Shown here piece by piece: positions 31,134-40,767 of a DNA stretch of 64,000 bases (within the stretch, counting starts at the first letter, position 1; each line of letters begins with the position of its first letter). The stretch spans positions 47,999-111,998 of the forward strand of contig JAHQWK010000023.1 in assembly GCA_029856145.1 (NCBI GenBank), read 5' to 3'. A program made the translations under genes and the position numbers. This DNA comes from Promethearchaeia archaeon. GTDB taxonomy: Archaea > Asgardarchaeota > Lokiarchaeia > Sigyniarchaeales > SOKP01. The notes under the pieces are model-generated. The model was not told the origin of the DNA. It saw only the letters and a program-made list of their open reading frames with translations, and ran no database searches.

Positions 31134-32123
31134 ATGTTAACTCCAGAACAGATGAAAGAAATTTTAAAAGAAAATGTAATTAATCTTAGGTTTCACGCTC
31201 GTGGTGGACAAGGAGGAGTTACTGCTTCTAACCTATGTGTTGAAGCATTTTATGGTTATGGTGTATGTCAACCCTTATTTGGGGCAGAACGTATGGGATC
31301 TCCTACTGAAAGTTATGTCAGGCTTAGCGGAAATGAAGATTTGGTAAGAACTAATGAGCAAGTTTATGCTCCACACGCAGTTTCTGTATTGGATCCCTCT
31401 CTTTTAGGAGAAGTTGATGTAATAGCGGGGATCGCTCCTGGAGGGTGGCTTATTGTTAATACTACTATGGATCAGGTCTCTATTCAAGAAATTATTGGTC
31501 GAAAAGATATCAATATTGCAACAATAGATGCACTAAACATTGCAATGGAAATTTTTGGTAGAAACATTACAAACACTATCATTTTAGGAGCCTTATTAAG
31601 AGTGGTTCCTATATTTTCCATTGATGCATTAGCAGATGCAATAATGCGTCGATTTAAAGGTGAAATTGCGGGGAAAAATGTTGTTGCTATAAAACAGGCT
31701 TATGAAGAAACTTGTATATATGAAACTCCAGATGCTCCTGCTATTGATTTTACGATTGATACAAAAGTTCCTTGGCAACAAGTATATCCTGGATTGCCTG
31801 GATTTAAAGAACTGGATGATGCGGGAGTATGGTACTGTGATGAAGATGTTATAGAAATTGGGAGTAAGCAAGTAAATACGGGTTCTTGGGGTGAATGGGA
31901 TATGATTTGGGACGAAGAAAAATGTACTGACTGTGCTCAATGCTGGTATATTTGTCCTGATTTCACAATTATTAGAGAAAAAGGAGAAGATGGGCTATGG
32001 CATATGAAGGGTATTGACCAAGCTCATTGTAAATCTTGTCAAAATTGTCTAGAGATCTGTCCTGTTCAAGCTATTACTAAAAAATTAAAACAAGGTCCGG
32101 CTTCATGTGCCGTGCCTGAATGA
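31134..32123 (+). CDS. porC: 2-oxoacid:ferredoxin oxidoreductase gamma subunit fused to the delta (2x4Fe-4S) subunit
   Basis: RFHARGGQGGVTAS, FGAERMGSP, NTIILGA; C-terminal NTGSW...CTDCAQCWYICPD...CKSCQNCLEICP. Confidence 0.9.
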   Translation: MLTPEQMKEILKENVINLRFHARGGQGGVTASNLCVEAFYGYGVCQPLFGAERMGSPTESYVRLSGNEDLVRTNEQVYAPHAVSVLDPSLLGEVDVIAGIAPGGWLIVNTTMDQVSIQEIIGRKDINIATIDALNIAMEIFGRNITNTIILGALLRVVPIFSIDALADAIMRRFKGEIAGKNVVAIKQAYEETCIYETPDAPAIDFTIDTKVPWQQVYPGLPGFKELDDAGVWYCDEDVIEIGSKQVNTGSWGEWDMIWDEEKCTDCAQCWYICPDFTIIREKGEDGLWHMKGIDQAHCKSCQNCLEICPVQAITKKLKQGPASCAVPE

Positions 32124-33367
32124 AGGAGGGAAATATTATGAGTATAGAACCGATGAGAATATTTTTTAAAGAAATTAAAGAACCTATCGAAACAACAATG
32201 ATAGGAAATTATGCTGTCGCGGGTGGAGTGACTCAAACAGATCCTGATGTTATTTGTGCTTTTCCTATTACTCCTCAAACTCAATCTGTTGAAGGTTTAT
32301 CTGATGTTGTTCATCACGGAAGATTAAAAGCAGCTTTTGTAAATGTTGAATCAGAATTAGCTGCGATAAGTTATTCAACTGCTGCTTGTGCAGCAGGAGC
32401 AAGATCTTTTACGGCAACAGCAAGTCAAGGTTATTTACTAATGACTGAAGGACTTCCAATGGCTGTAGGATGGAGACTGCCTTTAACAATGATGATTTCT
32501 GCTAGAGCTTTTAATTCACCTAATTTATCTATTTGGAATTCTTGGGAATATACACAAGTTAATTCTGAACTTGGTTGGAATATAATTGTTTCTGAAAATG
32601 TTCAAGAAACTTATGACGCAGCAATCCTTTCAGTCATGATTTCAGAGGAATCATTATTTCCAACTATATTTGTACATGATGGTTTTATAATATCTCATTC
32701 AGTCCAGAAATTAACATTAATCCCAGATGAAACCGTTACAAGAATGACGCCTAAAAAACCAAGAAATACTATTGATCCATCAAGACCAGGAACCTGGGGA
32801 GGTATTGTTACTCCTTCCTATTTTATGGAAGGACGAGCTAAACTAGAAGAAGCTAAACAACCAGTTTTAAGCCAAATGACTGATGTATTCAAAAAATTCA
32901 AAACAGAAACTGGAAGAGAATATAATCTGATTGAAACTTATAATTTGAATAACTCATCTAAAACTGCTTTTTGTACTATGGGTTCATTAAGTGGGAATAT
33001 TATTAGTTGGTTGACAAAAAACAAGGATATTGGTTTAATTAAAATCAGAGCATATCGACCATTTCCATATAAAGAATTACGTAAAATAGTAGAAGAATAT
33101 AATTTAGAAAAATTAATTCTTTTAGAAAAAAGCGATTCACTAAATGGGATGTTACCACCATTTTCAATGTCAATTGCTTCTGCTCTATATCCATTGGGTA
33201 CACTTTTTAGAAGCTTTATTGTTGGTTTAGGCGGAAGAGATGTTACACGAGATGAGTTTGATATAGCAAAAAAGAAAATGGAATCTGTAACAGATATGAA
33301 GGGACAATTATATCAATATCTAGGAGTCAGAGAAACAAAACAAAAAATTTCAGGGGTGAATCAATAA
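32120..33367 (+). CDS. porA: 2-oxoacid (pyruvate):ferredoxin oxidoreductase alpha subunit
   Basis: AFPITPQT, VESELAA, TATASQG, DGFIISH, RAYRPFP, GLGGRDV. Confidence 0.93.
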   Translation: MKEGNIMSIEPMRIFFKEIKEPIETTMIGNYAVAGGVTQTDPDVICAFPITPQTQSVEGLSDVVHHGRLKAAFVNVESELAAISYSTAACAAGARSFTATASQGYLLMTEGLPMAVGWRLPLTMMISARAFNSPNLSIWNSWEYTQVNSELGWNIIVSENVQETYDAAILSVMISEESLFPTIFVHDGFIISHSVQKLTLIPDETVTRMTPKKPRNTIDPSRPGTWGGIVTPSYFMEGRAKLEEAKQPVLSQMTDVFKKFKTETGREYNLIETYNLNNSSKTAFCTMGSLSGNIISWLTKNKDIGLIKIRAYRPFPYKELRKIVEEYNLEKLILLEKSDSLNGMLPPFSMSIASALYPLGTLFRSFIVGLGGRDVTRDEFDIAKKKMESVTDMKGQLYQYLGVRETKQKISGVNQ

Positions 33368-34456
33368 ATGTCAAAACCAGAGAGGAATATTATAAATTTT
33401 GATGATATCTTAGCCAGAAGTGAAAAATCCAATGTTTTATTTTTCAATTATGATAATGAAGCTTTTATGAATACGGGAATCCAAGAAAGTGGAGGAACAC
33501 CACCCTATGCTTCTACAACAACGGGTCCTGCGGGAGAGAAAATTCCAGGGAAAATAGGTGTAAAACAGGATTTAGTGACTCCATTTGCTTTCTACGGAAC
33601 TAAAAAACTCTTCTTAGCCACAGTAAATCCCGCATATCCAAATGACTTTATGGGAAAAGTAGCCGACGCACTTAAATCAAATGGTTCTGCTTTCATCCAA
33701 GCATATTCTGATTGTATGAGAGGATGGAGACATGCTGCTGCTGATGCCTTAAGTATCTCCAAACTAGCAACTGATTGTGGATATTGGCCTCTTTACACAG
33801 TGAGAGTGGAAGATGGTATACCCATTTTTACTTATTATCGTGGATTAGATATTGATAAAGATAAATTTGTAGAATATCTTAAATCAATGGGTAAGTTCAA
33901 GCATTTATTTAAACCTAAATTTATGGAAAAAGAAATTGATGAGATTATCTATTTAACAGAACAACGAAATAATAAATTGAAAGGATTAATCGATCAATTT
34001 GGTGCTGAAAAACCTATAGATGTCTATAGAGTTAATCGAAAGAAACTCCAACCTCAAATCCATTTACAGCCAGGTCATGGTTTATGTCCTGGATGTGGAG
34101 CTGGGATGGTTTTAAATCAAATGGCAACTGCAGCAACCGCTGTTGCTGATACAAACATAATTTATGTTAATAATACAAGTTGTTCAGAAGTTTCAACTTC
34201 AAAAGATAACGTAACTTCCTGGAATGTTCCTTGGGTTCACCATTTATTTGAATCTGGTGCTACTGTTGCTGAAGCTATCTCAACCGCAAAAAAAATTATG
34301 AAAGCTAAAGATCTTTATAGTCAAGAAATTCCTTGGATCATTCACATAGCAGGAGATGGCTCTACGTATGATATTGGTTTTCAATTCCTTAAAGCTGCAC
34401 TTATAAGAACGAGTAGTTTTGTGGAAATGAATGAGTATTTGAAAAATCAAAAATAA
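33368..34456 (+). CDS. porB: 2-oxoacid:ferredoxin oxidoreductase beta subunit, circularly permuted
   Basis: The normally C-terminal block (YDNEAFMNTGIQES...CMRGW...YWPLY) comes first. The normally N-terminal block (PGHGLCPGCG...NTSCSEV...FESGA...AGDGSTYDIGFQ) comes last. Confidence 0.9.
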   Translation: MSKPERNIINFDDILARSEKSNVLFFNYDNEAFMNTGIQESGGTPPYASTTTGPAGEKIPGKIGVKQDLVTPFAFYGTKKLFLATVNPAYPNDFMGKVADALKSNGSAFIQAYSDCMRGWRHAAADALSISKLATDCGYWPLYTVRVEDGIPIFTYYRGLDIDKDKFVEYLKSMGKFKHLFKPKFMEKEIDEIIYLTEQRNNKLKGLIDQFGAEKPIDVYRVNRKKLQPQIHLQPGHGLCPGCGAGMVLNQMATAATAVADTNIIYVNNTSCSEVSTSKDNVTSWNVPWVHHLFESGATVAEAISTAKKIMKAKDLYSQEIPWIIHIAGDGSTYDIGFQFLKAALIRTSSFVEMNEYLKNQK

Positions 34457-34495
34457 ATTTTATTAATTAATCCTTTTTTTCTTTCTGTTTTTATT

Positions 34496-35410
34496 TTAAC
34501 TTTCTTCTAATTTCACGTATAATTTTCTTTTAAATTGAGCGTGATATAATTCACAACGAATGGAGTTTCTGATTATATAACCACTTATTTGAAAAATCGA
34601 ATCTTCTAGAATATAGTCGTGATACATTGATGCTCTACAAGGATATGAATAATGAGCTTTATTTATTTCCTCAATTAAGCTAAATTCATCTTGATTTTCT
34701 TTATTAAAACATTTCAATTTCAATTTTTGAATAATATAGTTAGTTGATCCACATGGAGCGCTCTGTAATATACATGCATCCTCTATTGATCTACCATCAT
34801 TACTCATTAAGATAGATATAATTGGTACTCCTATCCGAAAATGATCTATGAACTCATCAATATAATTCCGTTGTTTTGTTATATGAAATCCTACTTTATT
34901 ATATTGGTCTTCTTCTTTACTTAGTGAACAGAAAGGTTTTGGAAATGCAGCTTGAATATTATATTGTTCAAATTCAAATAAAATCTTAACTTGAAGTTCT
35001 GGAGAAACCCACTTAGGATTTTCAATTGGAACAATTACGGCTTTAACTCCTTTATCTTTCAAATATTCAGGTAATTTGACAAGTAAATTTTTATGGATGC
35101 CAATCACTAATAAAAAGTCAATAGGGGGAATTTCTTCTGGTAAAAAATTGATATTCTCTTCTTCAGCCCTATTAAAATCTCCTCCAACTTTAATATAGAA
35201 ATAAATTTTACTAGCATGACCTTTTAGATATTTACGACATTGAATACAATCTATTTTATTTTCTGATATTTGACAAGCATTGCAAAATTTTAAGTCATTT
35301 ATTAAATGCCCAATGAATTTATTCGCTAATTCTTTGGTTTCAGGTTCTTTACCATAAAAAATTCCTAATTTATAGTCTTTTTTACTTAACATAGATTTAA
35401 CTTTCAACAT
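34496..35410 (-). CDS. DUF166 family archaeal protein
   Basis: CNAC...CIQCR, FLPEEIP, PKPFCSL, SAPCGST, HYSYPCRASM. Confidence 0.75.
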   Translation of the reverse strand: MLKVKSMLSKKDYKLGIFYGKEPETKELANKFIGHLINDLKFCNACQISENKIDCIQCRKYLKGHASKIYFYIKVGGDFNRAEEENINFLPEEIPPIDFLLVIGIHKNLLVKLPEYLKDKGVKAVIVPIENPKWVSPELQVKILFEFEQYNIQAAFPKPFCSLSKEEDQYNKVGFHITKQRNYIDEFIDHFRIGVPIISILMSNDGRSIEDACILQSAPCGSTNYIIQKLKLKCFNKENQDEFSLIEEINKAHYSYPCRASMYHDYILEDSIFQISGYIIRNSIRCELYHAQFKRKLYVKLEES

Positions 35411-35459
35411 ATTTTATTGTATTTTTCATATTAAGGTGTTCTTTAATTAAAAAATTAAA

Positions 35460-35687
35460 TTAAAAAAAAAAATCACAAAAGCATTTTTTAAAATCCTTTA
35501 AGAAAGAATTATTGGTTTTCTCAAATTTAGTATGGTCAAACCATTTAAAATATCTTTGATAAAAGTTTGAATTATCACTATTACTAAAATAATTAGTAAG
35601 AGAATTTTCATAATCGTATAATTTCAAGCTGTTTATTTCTGCGATATTAGTTTTTTGAAAAATTGATAGAATTACGGAATCAGACAT
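35460..35687 (-). CDS. Small hypothetical protein
   Basis: ATG preceded by GGGGA, co-oriented between two genes. Confidence 0.4.
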   Translation of the reverse strand: MSDSVILSIFQKTNIAEINSLKLYDYENSLTNYFSNSDNSNFYQRYFKWFDHTKFEKTNNSFLKDFKKCFCDFFF

Positions 35688-35720
35688 TTTTTAAGTCCCC
35701 TGTTATTTTTGATCATTATC

Positions 35721-36755
35721 TCAATTTACCATGCAATATGCACTCTTTAGACATTTCTCAGCACTACCCACAATTGAATTAATAATATCTGAGACACTCT
35801 CAATTTCCTCAACCAGTCCACAACTCTGTCCTAAGAGAATAATACCATTCTCAACATCTCCCTTATATGCTTTCTCTAAATTTATTACGCCATCTCTTAT
35901 TACTGACATAGAAGTTTCTCCAGCTCTTTTTTCTGTTTTATTTAAAACAGTAGTGGCATTTCTTGCATAATTATTCTTCAACACACGGGCAGGCCCAAAA
36001 ACTCCTGTAACTAATTTTGTATCAGAAATTGATGAATTTTTAACTTCATTTTTGTAATTTTCATGAAAATCACATTCCATTGACGCAATGAGTCTTGTTC
36101 CCATAGCAATTGCCCCTGCACCCATAGCTAAAGCGGAAGCTAATCCTTCTCCAGTACCATAGCCTCCACAAGCAATCATAGGAATTTCTGGGAATTTTTG
36201 TCTAATTTGTTGTAATAGAATTAATGTGCTTGTATTTTCATAAGATTGATGACCTCCACCTTCATGTCCGGTTGCGACTATCCCATCAACACCATTCTTT
36301 ATCACCTTTTTAGCTAACTCTAAAGAAGGTATTACATGAAAATGCTTAATATTTGATGTTTCTTTTAGAGCCTTAAAATACTTGTTATATAATATTTTTG
36401 GAGATCCTGCGCTTGTAATTAAATAGGTGCATTGGTCTTTGATTTTAGGATTGTCCATTATAAATCTTGGAATTTGCCTACATAATTTTATCGCATCAGG
36501 TTGCAGTGCTGCGGTTCTAATATTCAACCCAAAAGGCTTATCAGTATACTCAACTACTGTTTTCATGCTTTCTTTAATTTGATTTAAAGTAATTCCTTCA
36601 CTTAATGTTACATGGCTTAAAACACCTAAGCCCCCTGCCTCTGAGACCGCAATTGTTAATTTTGTCGTGTAAAAGGGCCCCATGGGTGCTGCAACTATTG
36701 GATGTTTAATACCTAACATTTCAGTTATGTTTGTTTTTATAACCATTTTTTCCAA
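35721..36755 (-). CDS. Nitronate monooxygenase / FabK-like FMN oxidoreductase
   Basis: LGIKHPIVAAPMG, AVSEAGGLG, GHEGGGH, IACGG, MGAGAIAMGTR. Confidence 0.9.
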   Translation of the reverse strand: MEKMVIKTNITEMLGIKHPIVAAPMGPFYTTKLTIAVSEAGGLGVLSHVTLSEGITLNQIKESMKTVVEYTDKPFGLNIRTAALQPDAIKLCRQIPRFIMDNPKIKDQCTYLITSAGSPKILYNKYFKALKETSNIKHFHVIPSLELAKKVIKNGVDGIVATGHEGGGHQSYENTSTLILLQQIRQKFPEIPMIACGGYGTGEGLASALAMGAGAIAMGTRLIASMECDFHENYKNEVKNSSISDTKLVTGVFGPARVLKNNYARNATTVLNKTEKRAGETSMSVIRDGVINLEKAYKGDVENGIILLGQSCGLVEEIESVSDIINSIVGSAEKCLKSAYCMVN

Positions 36756-36964
36756 CCTTTTTTTATTAAATTTTTCTTTATTTTTTATTAAATGAATATC
36801 TATTCAGTGTAATATTTATTTGATTTAATAGATATTAAGTTGAATAATCAGCATCATATATAAGTTTAACCAATTCGCCAATATTAGTATAATGTGTATA
36901 TTAAATATGATTTCTATGGGGGATCTTTAAGGAATAAAGGAATTTATCAAATAAATTAAAAATT

Positions 36965-36984
36965 TTGAATGAACAGTCATTCAA
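36965..36984. promoter_or_regulatory. Perfect palindrome resembling a TetR-type FadR operator
   Basis: TTGAATGA-ACAG-TCATTCAA between the divergent FabK-like and enoyl-CoA hydratase genes. Confidence 0.65.
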
Positions 36985-37106
36985 TATCAAAGTAGGAGTA
37001 GTATTTGATTTAATCCGTGTTATTAAAAAAAGTAATCCAAATTAATAAATCAATTATCATAAATAAATTCATTAAATTTTTTATTTCTAAAAATTTATGT
37101 TTTTCC

Positions 37107-37874
37107 ATGGTAGTTCTTATAGAAATAGATTATCCTGTTTATACAATTATTATAAATAACCCCGAAGTTAAAAATGCTGTTGATGGCCCTACTGCTAAAG
37201 AGCTTGCTGAGGCTTTTCGAAAATTTGAAAGTGATGACAAAGCTGAAGTTGCAGTGTTATGGGGTGCTAATGGAACATTTTGTTCTGGCGCTAACTTAAA
37301 AGCTATAGCTAAGGGTAATGGAAATCGAATTGAAAAAGATGGAAATGGTCCAATGGGACCTACAAGGATGAGAATATCTAAACCAGTAATTGCGGCAGTA
37401 GCAGGACATGCTGTTGCGGGAGGTCTTGAATTAGCATTATGGTGTGATTTACGAGTTGTAGAGAAAAGTGCGATATTTGGTGTGTTCTGTCGCAGGTTTG
37501 GTGTGCCCTTAATTGATGGCGGAACAGTTCGTTTACCTCGGCTTATTGGTTTAAGTAGAGCACTGGATATGATCCTTACGGGGCGTCCTGTAACTGCTGA
37601 TGAAGCATATTCATGGGGCCTTGCTAATCGAATTGTTGAGGATGGTCAATCAAGACAAGAGGCAGAAAAGTTAGGGAGAGAAATAGCTAAATTTCCAAAA
37701 ATCTGCATGAGAAATGATCGGTTATCCACCTATGATCAATTTGGTTTAAATATAGGTGGTGCTATGGCAAAAGAATTTGAATATGGTTTGAAGACTTTAG
37801 AAAAAGGGGAGTATTTAAGGGGGAGTGAAGCTTTTAGTAAAGGGAAGGGTAAACACGGAACTTTTAATGATTAA
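37107..37874 (+). CDS. Enoyl-CoA hydratase/isomerase (crotonase family)
   Basis: NNPEVKNAVDG, FCSGANL, AVAGGLELALWCDLR, PLIDGGTVRLPRLIG; start moved to ATG 37107. Confidence 0.93.
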   Translation: MVVLIEIDYPVYTIIINNPEVKNAVDGPTAKELAEAFRKFESDDKAEVAVLWGANGTFCSGANLKAIAKGNGNRIEKDGNGPMGPTRMRISKPVIAAVAGHAVAGGLELALWCDLRVVEKSAIFGVFCRRFGVPLIDGGTVRLPRLIGLSRALDMILTGRPVTADEAYSWGLANRIVEDGQSRQEAEKLGREIAKFPKICMRNDRLSTYDQFGLNIGGAMAKEFEYGLKTLEKGEYLRGSEAFSKGKGKHGTFND

Positions 37875-37918
37875 GAAATAATTTTAAATATCTCAAAATT
37901 ATTTAATTTGGTGATATT

Positions 37919-38335
37919 ATGATTATTTTTGATGAATTTAGGGTAAAAACACCAGAAAGACAAGTATTAATTGATGTAACACATGAAATTGATCAAAGGG
38001 TTAGAGCATATAATGTGAAAGAAGGAGTGTGTCGAGTATACATACCACATACTACTGCGGGCATAACTATTAATGAAAATGCAGATCCTTCTGTTATTAA
38101 AGATATCAGTAATTATTTGAGTAAATTAATCCCAAAAGGGGGTGGATTAGGTTATTCATTTAAACATGGTGAAGGAAATTCTGATGCTCATATTAAATGT
38201 TCATTAACTGGGCATTCGATTGATGTTTTGATTCATGAAAATAGATTGATGCTAGGTACTTGGCAAGGAATATTGCTTACGGAGTATGATGGCCCTAGAA
38301 ACAGGAGAGTTTATATACAAATTCAAGGTGAATAA
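37919..38335 (+). CDS. yjbQ: YjbQ/UPF0047 family protein
   Basis: PHTTAGITINENADP, HGEGNSDAHIK, LGTWQGI, EYDGPR. Confidence 0.93.
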   Translation: MIIFDEFRVKTPERQVLIDVTHEIDQRVRAYNVKEGVCRVYIPHTTAGITINENADPSVIKDISNYLSKLIPKGGGLGYSFKHGEGNSDAHIKCSLTGHSIDVLIHENRLMLGTWQGILLTEYDGPRNRRVYIQIQGE

Positions 38336-38396
38336 TACTATTAAATAAACATCTACTTAAAGAGTTATATAAAGAAATAAAAAAACAGGTAAAATT

Positions 38397-39785
38397 TTAG
38401 ACTTTATGAAAATAGTAGCGATCAAATGTCAAATCTACTTTATTAGTTGCATCATCTATAAAGAATTGAACTTTTATTTCTTGGTTTGGATAAGCAACTG
38501 GAACATAGAATTTCAATTCATCAAAGTTTTCAAGGGTTAGTGGTAAAGTTATTGGCTTAGGTTCAATTGGGTCTTCAAGTTTTAAAAATAAAATACCATT
38601 AGTAAGCGTGATTTCCATTGTTTGAATCTCTTTATATGTCTTATATTTCCCAGTCAGTAATTTCAATTTTTTATGAACATTCAAAAATGGAGCAGCTTCA
38701 TTGATATCTTTATTTAAGAGAATTCCAAGGACCTTACGAGCAATAGCACCAATTACTCCCGATGCATCACAATTTGCCCCTACAATAACCCCCATTTTCT
38801 GTTCGGGAATAATTGCTAAAAAGGCTGTTGAAGTTGCTATATTTCCGCCATGTTGTACTAGTCTATGGCTAAGAAAGTCTTTTTCAGTTATCCAACCAAA
38901 ACAATACCAAGCATCTTTAGCACCATAAGGTGTCTTTATATAAGGCTTCCACATTTCTTCTATTGACGATTTTTGCAGAATCTCTGAATCATTAAATTTT
39001 CCACCATTAATCAGCATAATAATGTAATTTTGCATTTCTTTAACTGAGCTTAATAAACCTCCAGGTGCATAGACAAACTTATCAAATGGATGATTTGAGG
39101 GTTTAAAAGGATTTTTTTCTTCAGAAGGAAGATACCCCGTTAAGACATCTTCATCTTTCTCAAATTCTTTCTTTAAATATATGGATCTATTCATCTTAAG
39201 AGGTTTTAAGATATTTTTCCCAATGTATTCATTAAATTCCATACCTGTTAGTTTTTCAATGATTAAACCTGCACATGTAAACATATCATTATTATAGAAA
39301 AAGTTTTTATCAGGTTTGTCAAATACTTCTGAAATTGCACTATTCATATGAAGTAGAAAGTCGTTCACACTACTCATAGGAATAATAGTATCAATTGAAC
39401 CTAACTGTCTCGCTATTGCTATAACATTTCCATCTAATTCAGGAATGCCTGAGGAATGAGATAACATATGACAAATTTTTATTGGATTTGAGTCATCTCC
39501 TAATTTTAAGTTTAAATATTTATTTACTGGGTCTTGAAGATTGATTTTTCCCTGCTCGACTAGCTGCATTATAGCAATTGTGGTAAATGATTTTGATATT
39601 GACCCAACCCCAAATAATGTGTCCTCTGTGAATGGAAGATTTTTTTCTAGATTTCTTGCTCCAAATCCTTTAGCATAAAATGGTTTTTCATCTTTGACAA
39701 TTCCAATCGCGAATCCCGGAATTTTAAATTCCCTCATTAATTCTATTATTTCTTTCTCAAGCATTTCAATTTGGGTTTCGTTCAT
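38397..39785 (-). CDS. Serine hydrolase (beta-lactamase class C/AmpC-like, S12)
   Basis: SISK (SxxK), FFYNN (YxN), LSHSSG, HGG; start moved to MNETQIEMLEK. Confidence 0.9.
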   Translation of the reverse strand: MNETQIEMLEKEIIELMREFKIPGFAIGIVKDEKPFYAKGFGARNLEKNLPFTEDTLFGVGSISKSFTTIAIMQLVEQGKINLQDPVNKYLNLKLGDDSNPIKICHMLSHSSGIPELDGNVIAIARQLGSIDTIIPMSSVNDFLLHMNSAISEVFDKPDKNFFYNNDMFTCAGLIIEKLTGMEFNEYIGKNILKPLKMNRSIYLKKEFEKDEDVLTGYLPSEEKNPFKPSNHPFDKFVYAPGGLLSSVKEMQNYIIMLINGGKFNDSEILQKSSIEEMWKPYIKTPYGAKDAWYCFGWITEKDFLSHRLVQHGGNIATSTAFLAIIPEQKMGVIVGANCDASGVIGAIARKVLGILLNKDINEAAPFLNVHKKLKLLTGKYKTYKEIQTMEITLTNGILFLKLEDPIEPKPITLPLTLENFDELKFYVPVAYPNQEIKVQFFIDDATNKVDLTFDRYYFHKV

Positions 39786-39911
39786 TATTCTCACTTTTAG
39801 AAAAAAAACACATGATATTAAGACTATAAAAACATATTTAACATTTTCCTTCAATAGGGAAAAAAAAATTTATTAAAACAAAAGCTTCAATTATTAATAT
39901 CTTATTTAATA

Positions 39912-40610
39912 TTATTCCAAAGCTTTTTTAATTGCTGCTCTTGCTAGTATTCTAGTAGAATCTAAAGTAGGTAAAGGACAATCATTTGGGTCAACAAGTA
40001 GAGGTAGCTCTGTGCATCCAAGAACAACAGCGTCGCATTTATTCTTAGCTAGTTTTTGAATAATTTTATTAAATTCTTTTCTAGATTCTTCTGTAAAAAC
40101 CCCATTCACTAATTCTTCAAAAATAACCTTATCAACTTTTTCTTGATCAGAAGCAATTGGAATCTCACACGTTATTCCAAATTTCTTAAGAGCATCAGGA
40201 TAAACGGGAGAATTCATAAGATATTTTGTGCCCAATATTCCTAAATATTTATATTTTTTTTGTTTCGCCTCCCCGCCTACAACTTCAGCAATATGAAGCC
40301 ATGGAATAGGTGATTTAGATATCATCAAATTATAGGCTTGGTGTATTGTATTATCTGGACAAATTGCAAATTCTGCTCCTGCTTTTGCTACAATTTGTGC
40401 TGATTTAAGCATTAATTCCGCTACTCCTTCCCAATTTCCATTCCATATATGCTGCATATAATCAGAAAGAGGTGGTGTGTGCATTGTTATTTCAGGATGC
40501 CTATATTTAAATAGTTTTTCCTGGGCTTCTATACAAATTGTTTTATAACAAAGAGCAGCTCCTTCTGCACTGCAACCAACAATTCCAATATGTTTTACCA
40601 AATTAAACAC
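39912..40610 (-). CDS. Aspartate/glutamate racemase family protein
   Basis: ICPDNTIH and VLGCTELP catalytic Cys motifs. Confidence 0.9.
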   Translation of the reverse strand: MFNLVKHIGIVGCSAEGAALCYKTICIEAQEKLFKYRHPEITMHTPPLSDYMQHIWNGNWEGVAELMLKSAQIVAKAGAEFAICPDNTIHQAYNLMISKSPIPWLHIAEVVGGEAKQKKYKYLGILGTKYLMNSPVYPDALKKFGITCEIPIASDQEKVDKVIFEELVNGVFTEESRKEFNKIIQKLAKNKCDAVVLGCTELPLLVDPNDCPLPTLDSTRILARAAIKKALE

Positions 40611-40767
40611 CTTTTTAATTTAACTATTAGATTTCTACTAAATTTAATTTTAATATATTTTAATGATATTTTGAAATATTTAAGTTTTTTATTTGAATTT
40701 ATAATTTAAATTAAAAAAAGAACTTAAAGACTTTTTGTAATTTTCACAGTATATAAGAATTCTAATT

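Noticed and set aside
33368-34456. porB order restored by RNA circularisation, as in permuted tRNAs
   Set aside because: The halves are joined by a stop-free linker, there is no obvious internal start before the CPGC block, and no BHB was found at the ends. Protein-level permutation suffices.
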